Origin: Octopus vulgaris
Lineage: Eukaryota
Assembly (NCBI GenBank): GCA_951406725.2
Contig: OX597828.1
Span: 682,001 to 746,000, forward strand
Reading direction: 5' to 3'
Length of the DNA: 64,000 nt
This document shows, one piece after another, positions 12,373-24,369 of this stretch. The notes below the pieces were generated by a model. The model searched no databases and was not told the origin of the DNA. It saw only the letters and a list, made by a program, of their open reading frames with translations. The position numbers and the translations under genes were made by a program. Positions within the stretch are counted from its first letter, which is position 1, and the number at the start of each line of letters is the position of its first letter.

Positions 12373-12556
12373 TACTTTATTTAAAAGCAGCAGAAATATA
12401 ACAAAAGCTGTTTCACGTTCACGTTCAACAAATGGGAACGTGAAACAGCTTTTGTTATATTTCTGCTGCTTTTAAATAAAGCATATTACTCTACTTCTAG
12501 TATTTGAGTACTCTTTTTTCCACCTTGTTTCACATTTATGTGCTTACTTCGGTATA
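12373..12556 (+). mobile_element. Fold-back mini-element (probably Penelope pseudo-LTR derived)
   Basis: 46-bp perfect inverted arms 12375-12420 / 12436-12481 plus unique tail; same family as 24022-24200; TA-repeat flanks. Confidence 0.6.
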
Positions 12557-12599
12557 TACATATATTTAGAATTATAAATTTTGTTTTTTTATTTTCCTA

Positions 12600-13100
12600 C
12601 ACATCTTCGTTACCTGCTCCCACTCTCTCTTTCATACCTACCTCTTCCTCTCTCCCTCCCTCACATATATTCCACTCTTTCTCACTCCTCTCTCGCTCCC
12701 TTTATCTCTCTTTACACCTACCTCTTTCCCTCTCTCTTCCATATCTTCCTCTTTTTCTCATCTTTCTCCCTCCCTTTCATATCTTCCTCCTTTTCTCACT
12801 TCTCCTTCCCTTTCTTTATCTCTCTCAACCTCTACTTCTCCTCCTCTTACCCCATCCTTTCCAAGATATACTTCTCATTTTTCTCCTCTTCTCACTCCAT
12901 TTATCCCTTTCCCTCACATCCTTCATCTTTTCCTAACTCTCCTTCACTCTATCTCTCATTCTCTTCCCCTCCACTCCCTCACTCTGTCCCTAACTTTTTT
13001 CCCCCTCTACCTCCCTCTGTCCTGCTAACACACCACCCCTCTCTCTTTCCTTATTCCATCCCTCTATCTCTCAGTTCCTCTCTATCCTCCACTCCCCCTC
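12600..13100. repeat. Polypyrimidine low-complexity tract
   Basis: About 500 bp almost devoid of G. Confidence 0.85.
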
Positions 13101-13109
13101 TGGGTTGAA

Positions 13110-16100
13110 AAACAAAGATGGCACCAAACTGGGAGAAGAAAGAATTGAATCTTCTGTTGCTAGCATGGATGATTGCTAGTGGCAATCTGCCAAACAACAT
13201 CATCACTGCTGCACTGAGAAACAATGGCTTTTTTAGAACCATTGATGAGACAGAGCAGAAGAAAAGTGAATTCATTTGATCCTATATGCTTATCAGACCA
13301 CACATTGACACCCTGGGTGTCATAATGGAAAATGTGGCAAGGCTGATAACGATAGAGAAAAGGAGACACAACCCAGAAGTCTATTTGACCCAGTGGTTCC
13401 TCAAAAGAATGCATCCCCCACCCCTGTGAATGACCAGGCAGAAAAGGATGGGGGAGCCAAGGAAGCAAAAACCAGAAGCTCCTCTGTGCCAGTGGTCCTA
13501 CAAAGGGAGCCCTCACCCCATTGGACAACCAGAGGAAAGAAATTCACACCATGAGTAAAGGAAGGACAGAACAAGAACACAAACATAAAGAAGGAAAAAG
13601 AGAAAAAGGAAAAGCCAAAACACCAACCCACCAAACAAAAAACAGAAAACCCCATGGAGGATCCAATACAATCCAAAACCCTAAAGAAGTGAAAAAATTT
13701 GGAGGGCACTCAAGTACCTACAAATGTTGGCATGGGGAAGATGGCAAAAACTGCCAGTTTGCTCACCCGAAACTACAGGGGCCTTAAGAAGAAAAACTTC
13801 CCTGAGAAAAGACAAAAATCATCCCTGAGGAAAAACTATAGAAAAGAAGCGCACTCTTCAAAGGTTATGCGCAAGGCAGCAGCTGAGCAAGAATCTTTTT
13901 TGTGCATGGCACAAAAGATTGTGCAGCAGCTGACCTGGCTACATCAAGCGCAAACAAGGAACCTTGCCTGCCACTGCGCAAGACCACCGCAGTCAACAGA
14001 CACGGGATGGCCTCCCCTAATGCCTGCACAGTTGTCACCCCAATATATTTACTAAATACTGAGGGCCCGTTACATCATAACAAATGCAAAATGTTTTTCC
14101 TGTATGCAATCAAGCCCTATGCATAGCACTCGTGGAAACTCACCTCAGCTCTGATATAGAGGATGCAGAAGTACACATACCAAAATATGCCATACTGCAA
14201 ACAGACAGAAGGGAAAGGAACCATGGTGGAGTTGCTGTATACATCTGTGATGACCTCACACCCCAGGTCTTACTGTCATACTCAAATTCGGTATGTGACA
14301 CTTTAATTGTATGCATAAGACAACATAATATAGTCAAATGCAATACATATTGCCCACTGGATGCTCCAAACCACATAGGCAAGTTTGAAGACTGCCTCAC
14401 AAGAATTAAAGAAATCCTCATGAATCTGGAACACCACGTGACCATATTCCTTATGGGTGATTTCAACTTCCCCAGCGTCATATGACCCAAGGGACTCATG
14501 CCCTCAGGAACGACTCATTGCAAACAAGCACAGGTGGAGTCCCTGCTCAACCTCACCAATGCCCTATTCATGGAGCAAGCTGTACTCAGACCAACTAGGG
14601 CGAATTAATATTTTGGATCTCTGTTTCACGAACAATATGGACATCATTCATGATGTGAAAGTGACGCTGACATTAGTCTCGGATCACAACATAATAGAGC
14701 TATCTATGTTTGGGCCAAAAGTAGCCAGAGACATACAGCCTAAAGGAAGCACCCGAAATCTCTCCAATCTGAACTTCCACAAAGCAGACTGGAAATCAAT
14801 CCAAAAAGAGATTCGCAGACAAGACTGGCCGAAATGTCTCTCCACACCAAACCCTGACATGAAACTAAAATATTTCATGTCTTCTGTGCAAGCCATATGC
14901 CAGAAATATGTCCCAGAGCACAAGGCCAAAACAAATAGGAGCAAGATTCCCAGAGATAGGAAGATCCTCATGAGACGGCGGATGAAGGTTGCAAATCGAC
15001 TCAACCAACATCCCAAAATAGCAAAAGGTCCTGCCTAAAAACAACACTGATAGAGATCGAAAAAAAGGCTGCAACAATCCTATGTAAGGGAGAAAGCAGG
15101 CAAAGAAGCCTGGGTTGTAAAAAACATTAAGTCAAACCCAAAGGCCTTCTTTCATTATGCAAAAGAAACAGCCTCAGTACGCTGCAAGATAGGACCCCTC
15201 CTCCAAAAGGATGGCTCCCTCACAGACAGTCCAAAGAAGATTAGTGAGGTACTGAACGACCAGTTCAAAATTGTCTTTACCACCCCATTGGAACACAGAC
15301 AAGTGAATGAACCAGTAGACTTCTTTGTCGCTTCACCTCTAACCAGTGAGGCAGTTATGATGGAATACATCGACATTAGCAAAGAAGATATACTACTAGA
15401 TGAGGTGGACACAAATTCGACTGCTGGTCCTGATGGTTTCCCAGCAATCCTCATCAAATCATGTAAGCATGCCCTGGTAAAACCCCTCCAGATTCTCTTC
15501 CAGAGCTTTTTTGCAAATGGCAGACTGCCAAGCAAGCTGAAGGAGGGGAAAATATGCCCAATCCATAAAGGGGGAAGCAGAGCAGATGCCCTCTCTGACT
15601 TCACACATCAGCAAAGTCATGGAACAGATAGACAGAGGGAAACTAATCGCATTCCTTGTAGAAAATAATTTGCTGAGTGATAACCCGCATGGCTTTCGAC
15701 CAGGTAGGAGCTGCCTGACCCAGCTCTTACAACATTATGATGTAATATACCTTGATTTTGCAAAAGCTTTTGACAAAGTGGATCATGGTATGATATGCCA
15801 CAAACTGTGTGATCTCAGTATAGCTGGAAAACATAGAGAGTGGTTACATGACTTTCTGAAAGATAGGAGTCAGGCAGTAGTGGCTAATGGCACCACCTCA
15901 ATGAAAACACTAATAGTGAGCAGTGTTCCACAGGGCACTGTCTTGTGACCACCGCTTTTTATAGTGGCCCTCTCAGATATGCCCTCAACTGCCCAGATAG
16001 CCACCCTTGCCACACAGACAATACAAAAGTCTCACAGAAAATACAGAACCCCAGCAATGTTGCACATCTGCAGCAGGAGTTGGACTCAATTTACAGATGG

Positions 16101-16950
16101 GCTGAGGATAATAATATGCAGTTTAATGCTGAAAAATTCCAAGCCCTGCACCACCAGTGTCCAAAACTGAATATGAAACTTACAGGGTACACTGGTCCAC
16201 AGGAAATTACAATCCCAGAGCCTAAGTCAGTGAGGGACCTGGGTATTTACATGAGTGATGATACCTCTTTCCAAGTGCACATTACCAGGATGGCGACAAA
16301 GTGCAGACGACTGGCTGGATGGATCCTAAGAACATTCAGAACCAGAGATAAGGAAACCATGATGGTCCTCTGGCAGACATTCATCCTCAGCCACCTGGAT
16401 TACTGCTCACAGCTATGGTCACCCACCAGTGTGAAATTAACAGTGGACCTTGAAGCAATGCAGGGAAGATTCACAAAGAAGATTGTCTTTTTGCAACAGC
16501 TCAGCTACTGGGAAAGGTTGAAACAGCTAAGACTCTACTCCCTGGAGAGAAGACGGGAGACGTATGCAGTAATATATATCTGAAACATCCTGGAAGGAAT
16601 TGTGCCAAATTTTGGCATTGAAAGCTACACCAATGCCAGAACGGGTCGACACTGCACAGTGCCAAAGATCCTGGCAATGCCATCTGCTTCAGGACCAGTT
16701 ACTACAACAACCTGGGTTTCAGGGGCCGACAGCTTTTTAATATTCTCCTAAAGAGCCTGAGAAGCCTATACGAAATGGATGTAGGTGTTTTTAAATCAAA
16801 GCTGGACCTCTTCCTGTCAAGAGTCCCAGATGAACCTACCTCACAGCAAGAGGTGCAAATGAGGGTAGCTACATCAAACTCCATTCTTCACCAAGTGCCA
16901 CATATTAGAGGAGGGTCTCAGTAAAACAGTGTAGTAAAATAGCAGTGCCC
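13110..16950 (+). mobile_element. CR1-group LINE, decayed (ORF1 remnant with CCCH-like finger; ORF2 APE-RT in fragments)
   Basis: IALVETHL, GGVAVYI, MGDFNFP, ILDLCFTN, SDHNII, GPDGFP, HGFRPGRSCLTQLL, YLDFAKAFDKVDH, VPQGTVL, VRDLGI, LDYCSQLWSP, YSLERRR. Confidence 0.9.
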
Positions 16951-16952
16951 CA

Positions 16953-17121
16953 AAGCACCCACTACACTCTCGGAGTGGTTGGCGTTAGGAAGGGCATCCA
17001 GCTGTAGAAACTGCCAGATCAAGACTGGGGCCTGGTGCAGCCATCTCGTTCACCAGCCCACAGTCAAACTGTCCAACCCATGCTAGCATGGAAAGCGGAC
17101 GTTAAACGACGATGATGATGA
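16953..17121 (+). mobile_element. Short RTE 3'-tail copy
   Basis: AAGCACCCACTACACTC...GGCGTTAGGAAGGGCATCCAGCTGTAG...GGACGTTAAACGACGATGATG. Confidence 0.85.
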
Positions 17122-17216
17122 TATGTGTGTGTGTGTGTATTGATAGAAATGGTAAGACAACAAAAGAATGAAAGAGACTTCGATATTACATAAATAGAGG
17201 ATTTTAGGGTTAGGGT

Positions 17217-17247
<31 letters not shown>

Positions 17248-17548
17248 TAAAATAAGGATTCAGACAGAATCAGATACTTGAAGAGATATGCACCAGGTAG
17301 GTTGGGTTAAATCTGTGGTTCCGGCCTATGGTTAGTAAGTATCAATTAGGATATTCCAGTTGTGTACACAGAGAAAACCAACCCAATGAGTATTTAGCCC
17401 CTAGGGGCTGGCCCAAAGCACGCTTTACATTGAATTATGCTTTGTTGGTAAACTCCGGGGTGTCCAGCAAGTCGTAAATACCATGATATTTATTATTCAT
17501 TTGAGATATATATACATACACACCCACTGTATGTATATACACGCTATA

Positions 17549-17797
17549 TATTAAAAATGGGGCCGGCTGGTTTATGGGATTACCTTAGGTTTCCCGTCCA
17601 TAAATCGTTTAGCTTTATGGCGTATCGTTAGATCCCAAAACACCTGTTGGCCCGTGACCTCTTAACTAATTAGATTTTTAAGAGGTTATGAGCTAACCGG
17701 TTTTTTTTGGTATCTGACTATACGCCATAAAGCTTAACCTTTTATGGACGGGAAAACCTAAGGTAATCCTATAAACCGACCTTCCCCATTTTTAATA
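17549..17797. mobile_element. Palindromic MITE-like element (~250-bp imperfect hairpin)
   Basis: Arms TATTAAAAATGGGG...GGATTACCTTAGGTTTCCCGTCCATAAA / TTTATGGACGGGAAAACCTAAGGTAATCC...CCCCATTTTTAATA; centre is also self-complementary. Confidence 0.75.
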
Positions 17798-17818
17798 CAC
17801 ATACACACACGCTATATA

Positions 17819-17850
<32 letters not shown>

Positions 17851-18570
17851 AATACACATATAGGCATCTGGCGTGTGTGCATGTTTGTATGTATAGTGTG
17901 TGTATATGTATGTATGTATACACGCGCGTGTATGCACACATACACACACAAACATACATACAGAATGTGTGAGTAGTGAGTGTGTATGTATACGAGTAGC
18001 ATTGTTAATATTAAAATGTGTGTTTACCTTGCATCTCTTCTGCGATGTGAACAAAACACTTCACTCCATCTTCCATTTAAAGGTAGCGAAGCCTCAGCAC
18101 ATAGAGCTGTCTGACTAGACAAATAGCCAACTAGTTAGCCAGTCGGCTATTTGTCTACCCGACTAGGCATGTATATATGTATGTGTTGGTGTGAGAGACG
18201 GAAAAGATGAAGAATGGAAAGTGGCGTCAGTTGATGTTGATGGACAAAAGAAAAAAAAAGGGAAAAGGAACCAAATTGATAGGGAATTGTGGTTTGATTT
18301 GATGATGGTCTTGAAATAGGTGTAACAGCAGTTGGAGGGAGGAGGAAAAAGATGAAGCGATCAATGAGATGTCTCTTGCTGGAGCGATTGATGAAGCGAT
18401 CAATGAGATTGTTGATACAATTTGATGACGGAGATTTTGAAGCCTCCCACCGCAACTAAAAGCACCTCCTCCTACTCCAGCGTTACGAATGCTGACGAAG
18501 GGAGATAATCTAGTGTGACTAACGAATTGTTAAATTTGTCGTTTATTATCCGTTTATTATCGTTTATTAT

Positions 18571-18966
18571 CTAGCAAGCAGTATTGCCCGGCGTTGCTCG
18601 AGTTTGTTTCGACCCTTTAGAATAGGAATTTTTGAAAAGCAAAAATTTTGCATTATGTAGCTTGTTATTCTCTTTAAGTGAACATTTTTCTGGTTGAAAT
18701 ACACCGAAAAATGGTGACACAGCAGTCAAAAAATCGTAAAAAATAGGGATTTTCATAGAAAAAAAGCACCTTTTTGATGTGAATAATTTTTGGTGTTAAC
18801 ATGGTCCGATTTGAATTTTTTCTTCTACGGAAGGACGAGCAAACCTTCTTCTATCATATTTTCAATTTTGGTCAACTTGCGCCGCAGGGTCTCGGAGGAG
18901 ATAGTGTTAGTTGAAGGCTACCAAACCTGCCATACACAGACAACTTCAGCTTTATATAGAGAGAGA
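18571..18966 (-). mobile_element. Non-autonomous Helitron-type element
   Basis: Minus 5' end TCTCTCTCTATATAAAGCTG; 3' hairpin CTCGAGCAACGCCGGG followed by CTAG. Confidence 0.65.
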
Positions 18967-19114
18967 TTAAGTAATTTAGCTTTAAAATGCTAATTAAACA
19001 AAAAAAGAGCAAAGAATTTCAAAGATTGACATTCAATTGTGGGGAAAGAGAAAGTGCGTGTATGTGCTTATGTGTGTGAGAGAGGGGGGGACTATAGCAG
19101 GGAGTTAATTTCTT

Positions 19115-19300
19115 TGTGTTGTTTAGCCCAGGGCCAATCCTGCTCGAGCTGAACAATAACAAAAAGCATTCCAGCCGTGGTAATCTCATTTTGTGTATAT
19201 CAGGAATACATTGTTTAATGTATTTATTTTTATATAAGATGCTAGGGTATGTTTTGAGAAATAGCAGCTATTTCTGACAGATTGGACACTCACACTGGAG
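19115..19300 (-). repeat. Member of a ~250-bp dispersed SINE-like family with an (AAC)n end (other copies at about 20450, 21690-21900, 27590, 32440-32880, 33657-33790, 57560-57745, 58035-58210)
   Basis: Shared motifs GTTGTTTAGCCCAGG..CCTG, CATTCCAGCCGTG, GCTATTTCTAGCAAGTCGAGCGACCA. Confidence 0.65.
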
Positions 19301-19457
19301 TTGATTTATCATCGATAATTAGTCAACAGATGCAAAATTTCTAAGTCTACCGAATAAATTAGTCCAAAACATGTATTGAAGGGGAAATAAAATAATGGGG
19401 AAAAGGCAACAGAAAATAGGTGTATATACATAGAAATACAAAGCAACAATTATCTTC

Positions 19458-20370
19458 TCAAAATACAGCCCCTCTCAATGTCTCAAACGCCACAGGCTGG
19501 GAGAGATAGTTCACTGACAGGCCCCAATACTTCAGGATTTTGTTTTCTATAACTACGGAAGCAGTGACTCTCCCATTTACCGCAGCATCTAGGATGTGGG
19601 AGGGAGCAAAGGAGTCACAGACTGTAGCGTCCCAGATGAGGCACCTACCTCTTACCCAAGGACAGAGGATAACACCATCTAGTCTCTTCCTATCACTTCT
19701 GGATAATTCCACTGGCTGCAGAACTGAGATATTAACCCAAGCCAGGGCCTGCTTATTGATTAAGTTTAGCTTGGTTTGACAAGCAAAATGACCAGCATCT
19801 AGGCAGTGAGACAGACCATGAAGACCCATAGAGTCAAGGAGCCTACCACAGTCACATCTCAGTCCCCTACGGCCACCAACCCTCAGTCTGAGTATGATGG
19901 AGATGCTGAGCTCATCTAGACTGAGTAGACTTCCAATGTTGACCCCAGACAGAGTATCAATCCAGTTACCCAAGAATTTTGCACTAACAGAAATCAGGTG
20001 ACACCTTGAAATTGATCAAATTGTTCAAGGAGTGAGTTGGAAGTGGTACCTGCATGCAGACTGTCCCATACTCTCTGCTTCTATCTAACCTCAACTGTAA
20101 CAGGAACTGACAAACCCAGCTCTCTCCACTTTAACAGAGCTTCATCCATCTCCCTATTGGAACTAGTCAATTTTGGAGAGGAGTGAATGTTGCCTACCAA
20201 AAGAGAGCAATAGAGATGAACACTTGAGCAGACCTAGACCCCCCAAACCATTTGGGCAAAGCAGCCTGGTGGCAGGACTCTGGAGAGAGTCTGATATTGA
20301 CCAAGCATTTGATTTTCCAGAAAATTAGGTTGTCAAAGCATTGCAGAGATGTAGTCCAGGTTCATTCTAC
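19458..20370 (-). pseudogene. CRE-clade non-LTR retrotransposon C-terminus (zinc finger plus restriction-like endonuclease), decayed
   Basis: CDCG...GLHGLSHC...SDRKRLDG...PW.RG..LIWDATVCD...PVAFETL matches the CRE pattern GKRPDG..PW..G..WDAT. Confidence 0.75.
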
Positions 20371-20719
20371 ACTCTAGCCATTACCATTAGTTATATTTTC
20401 AGCACACTTAGGACTACCAAAGTGTTCAGTCGTATTTATGACAATAAGATTTAATTTGGGAGTGATTTGACTGTTATTTTGAGCAAATCGAGCAACCACT
20501 GAGAGAACTCCCTATTTGGCTACTGTTAATTTGTAGTTGAATGTAAATATAATCAAAAGTCGTTAAAATACCATAAATAATTGGTAATTAAACAAATAAT
20601 ATGTTGAGTCATTTAGTAATTGACAATACTATCTAGCAGTGCTAAATCTACTTCGAATCACATCCTAGAGTTTTAATGGAATTACAGCATGTGAAATTAA
20701 GACTGTGTTTTATCCAATA

Positions 20720-21063
20720 CTAGCAGGCATACCCCACATTGCTTGGGATTAAGTAGCATCATTGGTGAGTCGCGAAATCCTCCATTTGTGATGCTTCACT
20801 GTTCTTTGGTGGTAATTTCTCCCTTGCAAATATATGTGGTAGCTGTCTGTTCCATATGGAAAAAAAAAACAATGGATACATCAAAGGATCGATGTAACAC
20901 TGAAATTCTCAAACCACCTTGTTTCAACTGAAGATCAAACTGAAATATACTTATCCAAGTACCCTGGTTAATGTAGTTTAAGAATATATATGGTTATGGG
21001 GGGGGGATGTCTATATCCAAAACCCAAGCAAATAGACAGAGGCTACAACTTTATATATATGGA
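20720..21063 (-). mobile_element. Non-autonomous Helitron-type element (diverged)
   Basis: Minus 5' end TCCATATATATAAAGTTG; 3' hairpin CCCAAGCAATGTGGGG followed by CTAG|T. Confidence 0.55.
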
Positions 21064-21964
21064 TGTAAATAAAATGGAAAAAAAAATATTAAATCAGTTA
21101 TCTATTGAAGTTTCCATCTGACTTTTGCCTCTTTATGATAAATTAATTTTGTGGTTAACAAAAAGTAATTTACAAAAGCAACTAGCCAATAATAATAAAA
21201 CTAAAAACTAAGACAAAAGCATATACACACTCCCTAATTATATACAGCAGAGAATAATAGTATTTCCTTCAAATAAAAATGAAAAATTGAAGGCAGCTCA
21301 AAACATTAATAGAATTCGAGTAGATGATGGCGAGGCTGAGGAGGTGGAATAGTAAAGCACCCTTATGAAATTGTCAGAGACCCAGCTTGTTAAAAACGAC
21401 ACAGGCTGAATAATACAATTCACCAGCAAATCACTGTATTTCAGGATGTTGTATCTGTTTGGTTAAGGCTAGATTAGCACAACCCTCATGACCATCACCT
21501 CTGACACAATCAGAATATTGGATGGAATGAAAGAATTTTGTAACAATGGATCGTTGCAAGATTAAGAAATCGCTTGTGAAAAATATTAGAAATATATACT
21601 TAGACACACATGTTTATTGTAAATAAATGTATCAAAAGGGGAAAAAATATATAAATGGCTAAGACTTTTACAAGCAGAATGAAACATTTGTTATTGTTGT
21701 TTAACCCCAGGCCAATCCTGATTGAGTTGATCTATGAACAAAGGCAAACAAGTCAGCATATCTTGCAGTCATTTTATCAATTAGGATTATATTCTAAAAT
21801 ATGTCCCCCTCCCATTTAAACAGCAACAAGATGAGATACAACAGATATTTGGTTACAATTTCTAGCAAGTTGAACGACTATGTAGGCTCCTCCTCCCCAC
21901 CTCCTTCAATGTAAAATTGGAATAGTATGAAGTTTGCATTGGAGAGTTTATGAACAAGGGTAAG

Positions 21965-22125
21965 TCATCATCATCATCATCATCATTTAATGTCCCATTT
22001 GCCATGAGTTGGAGAGTTTGACAAGAACAGGTGAGCCAGAAGGATGCACCACATCCTGTGTTTGTTTTGGCATTGGTTATGCCAACCACTTAACAGAGTG
22101 TACTGGATGCTTTTTACATGGTGTC
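21965..22125 (-). mobile_element. Diverged RTE 3'-tail copy
   Basis: (CAT)n then TTTAATGTCC...GAGCCAGAAGGATGCACCA...GCCAACCACT...GCTTTTTACATGG. Confidence 0.65.
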
Positions 22126-22464
22126 ATCACCATTAAGGTCACCAAGTATGTGCACGATAAGCCTCCTCAACTGAGTGGGGCATAGAATGGAGGCATAAGA
22201 AACTATGAGAGAGAGAGAGAGAGAGAGATGTGAGGTTCAGATACAAGGTGAATATGAGACAGAATAGGAGAGAAGAGAGGGGAAGGTGGATGTGAGTAAA
22301 TGCGCCGAGTGAAAATAGTGTAACAGCTGATTAGAGATGGAGAATGAGCTGGACACTGAAGTGTAGGGGGAAGTTAAGAAAAAAAGGTAACATAGAAGAT
22401 TGATAGAAGAGTGGGTGCCAGAAGATCAGTTGTGGGGGAAGAGTCTTAATATGGCTGATATAGA

Positions 22465-22680
22465 CAGATCTCCTCAAGTAAAGCATAATGCCATTCACCT
22501 CAGTCTCCCTTCAACATCTTAAGGTCAGTCTTCACCACTTAGTCCCATGTCTTCTTAGGTCTATCTTTTCCACATGTTCCTTCTCATTTAAGGATCAGCA
22601 TTTCCTTATACAGCTGATCTCATCCATCCACATCATCTGACTCTTCTCTCTTCTCTCCTGCATACCACATCTGATGTGAG
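22465..22680 (-). pseudogene. Diverged RTE RT C-terminal fragment
   Basis: Reverse complement aligns by eye to 11277-11490 (CATCAGATGTGGT...GGAACATGTGGAAAAG...ACATGGGA..GTGGTGAAG). Confidence 0.7.
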
Positions 22681-22699
22681 GTTTCATGGAGGCAATTTG

Positions 22700-23960
22700 C
22701 TGTGGTATATCAGCCAAAACGTTGTGTTAATAGCAAACAAGATGAGGACAAATATCTGTCAAATGTAAATAATGTAAATAATGAATTTAAATGTTTTATC
22801 AGTCTTGATTTGAAATTTGTTGAGGCTGCATCTATATAAAAGTAGGAATTACTTCCTGATGTAATTCTACATTGGTATACTAAGTTCTTCCACATACACT
22901 GTATATTTAAGAGACAAATTTTATTTTTATCACAATTACAGAGATTTTTTTTCCTTATTACTTTTACCTATGCTAGTGGTGCTCAAACTAGATCTTATTT
23001 GTGTACCCATTGATCTGCTATTGTTTACATTCCAAGGTTATTATTTCTAGCAGTCTGGTCTGTATAGAAATTGTGACAGTTGCCTCCCTTGCACTGCTTC
23101 CCACTGTTTGGGTGCTAGCTTCCCACAATTATATTGATCATAATATTCAGTGTCTATCCCTGTTGGCGACTTGAATTTCTAGCCCAATGCACTTGGCTGT
23201 GGCCATTAGGAGTACTGTTATTAAAATCATTTCCACTACCTACCTTATTGCTATCTCCATCATCTCTCTAGACTTTAGATATTCTCCTAGTATTGTGCAT
23301 TGCTATGATTTGCATTAAGTTGTTGCTTGTAGAGAATGCCAGTTTGGTATTATGCCTATTAAATATTTTATATTTACTCTATTTAGGGAAGTGTTTATCG
23401 ACCGCAGTGACAAATTTCCTTGGAGTGTTGGAAGCTATTTGCTTACCAAATGCTGTGTTACACCACAGTGTAGTCCTCGAATTATTACTACCTTGGTAGT
23501 TTCTATTATTAGAAGGAGTAGGTTTAGCAATGTGAATTCTGTTTCTGAAGAGGTTTTTCCCCATTCCTAATGCCCTGCCTATTATTATTTTGCTATTATT
23601 TTTACTAGGGGGTTTAATTATATTTTCTTTTGCATGTTATTGTTTTAGTTATACACTTTAAAGTCAGATCTTCTATATCCCATGATTCTTCCACTAATTT
23701 CACTATATTCCTGTGGTTTTTTGTTTTCTCAAATACCAGTGTCCTGGTTTTCAAATAGGATTACTGGTATGCACTGAGCCTGAAGGATTGCTTGGAGAAA
23801 CATGGTATGTTGTATAAAACGGCCAAATTATTGTATCTGTACAGCATGGAACTATTAGCAGTTCTTTTTAAAATTCTGTGTACATTAAATGACATTTATC
23901 CTTCACTAGATGGAGTACTTTTTAGTTGATCCTACCAGAAAAGTAAACTAACAGACCAGT
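22700..23960 (-). pseudogene. Old Penelope-like element remnant
   Basis: TLWCNTAFGKQIASNTPRKFVTAVDKHFPK (cf. IWFNPPFS..DKHFP) and NLVYQCRI..YFYI...FKSRL (GIY-YIG). Confidence 0.7.
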
Positions 23961-23965
23961 AAACT

Positions 23966-24021
<56 letters not shown>

Positions 24022-24025
<4 letters not shown>

Positions 24026-24196
24026 AGTAAACACATAAATGTGAAACAAGGTGGAAAAAAGAGTACTCAAATACCAGTGGTAGAGTAATATGCTTTATTT
24101 AAAGCAGCAGAAAATTCAACAAAATCTGTTAATCTGAGTTTCTCGTTGCCGTTCAGAGTAACAGATTTTGTTGAATTTTCTGCTGCTTTAAATAAA

Positions 24197-24200
<4 letters not shown>
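24022..24200 (-). mobile_element. Fold-back mini-element (same family as 12373-12556)
   Basis: 45-bp arms 24093-24137 / 24153-24197 (one mismatch); tail matches the reverse complement of 12482-12545; (TA)n on both sides. Confidence 0.65.
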
Positions 24201-24237
<37 letters not shown>

Positions 24238-24369
24238 TACAATGGTATATGTGTTTAATCTCATGCTTGTGTTTATGCATTGATTAATTTTTTAACTCAT
24301 CAAAATGTGTTTATATATTTAAATACATATTTCCCACCAGTGGTGTCTTCTTGTTTTGGAGAAATTAAG

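Noticed and set aside
17205-17216. Telomeric TTAGGG repeats
   Set aside because: Only two units; expected by chance
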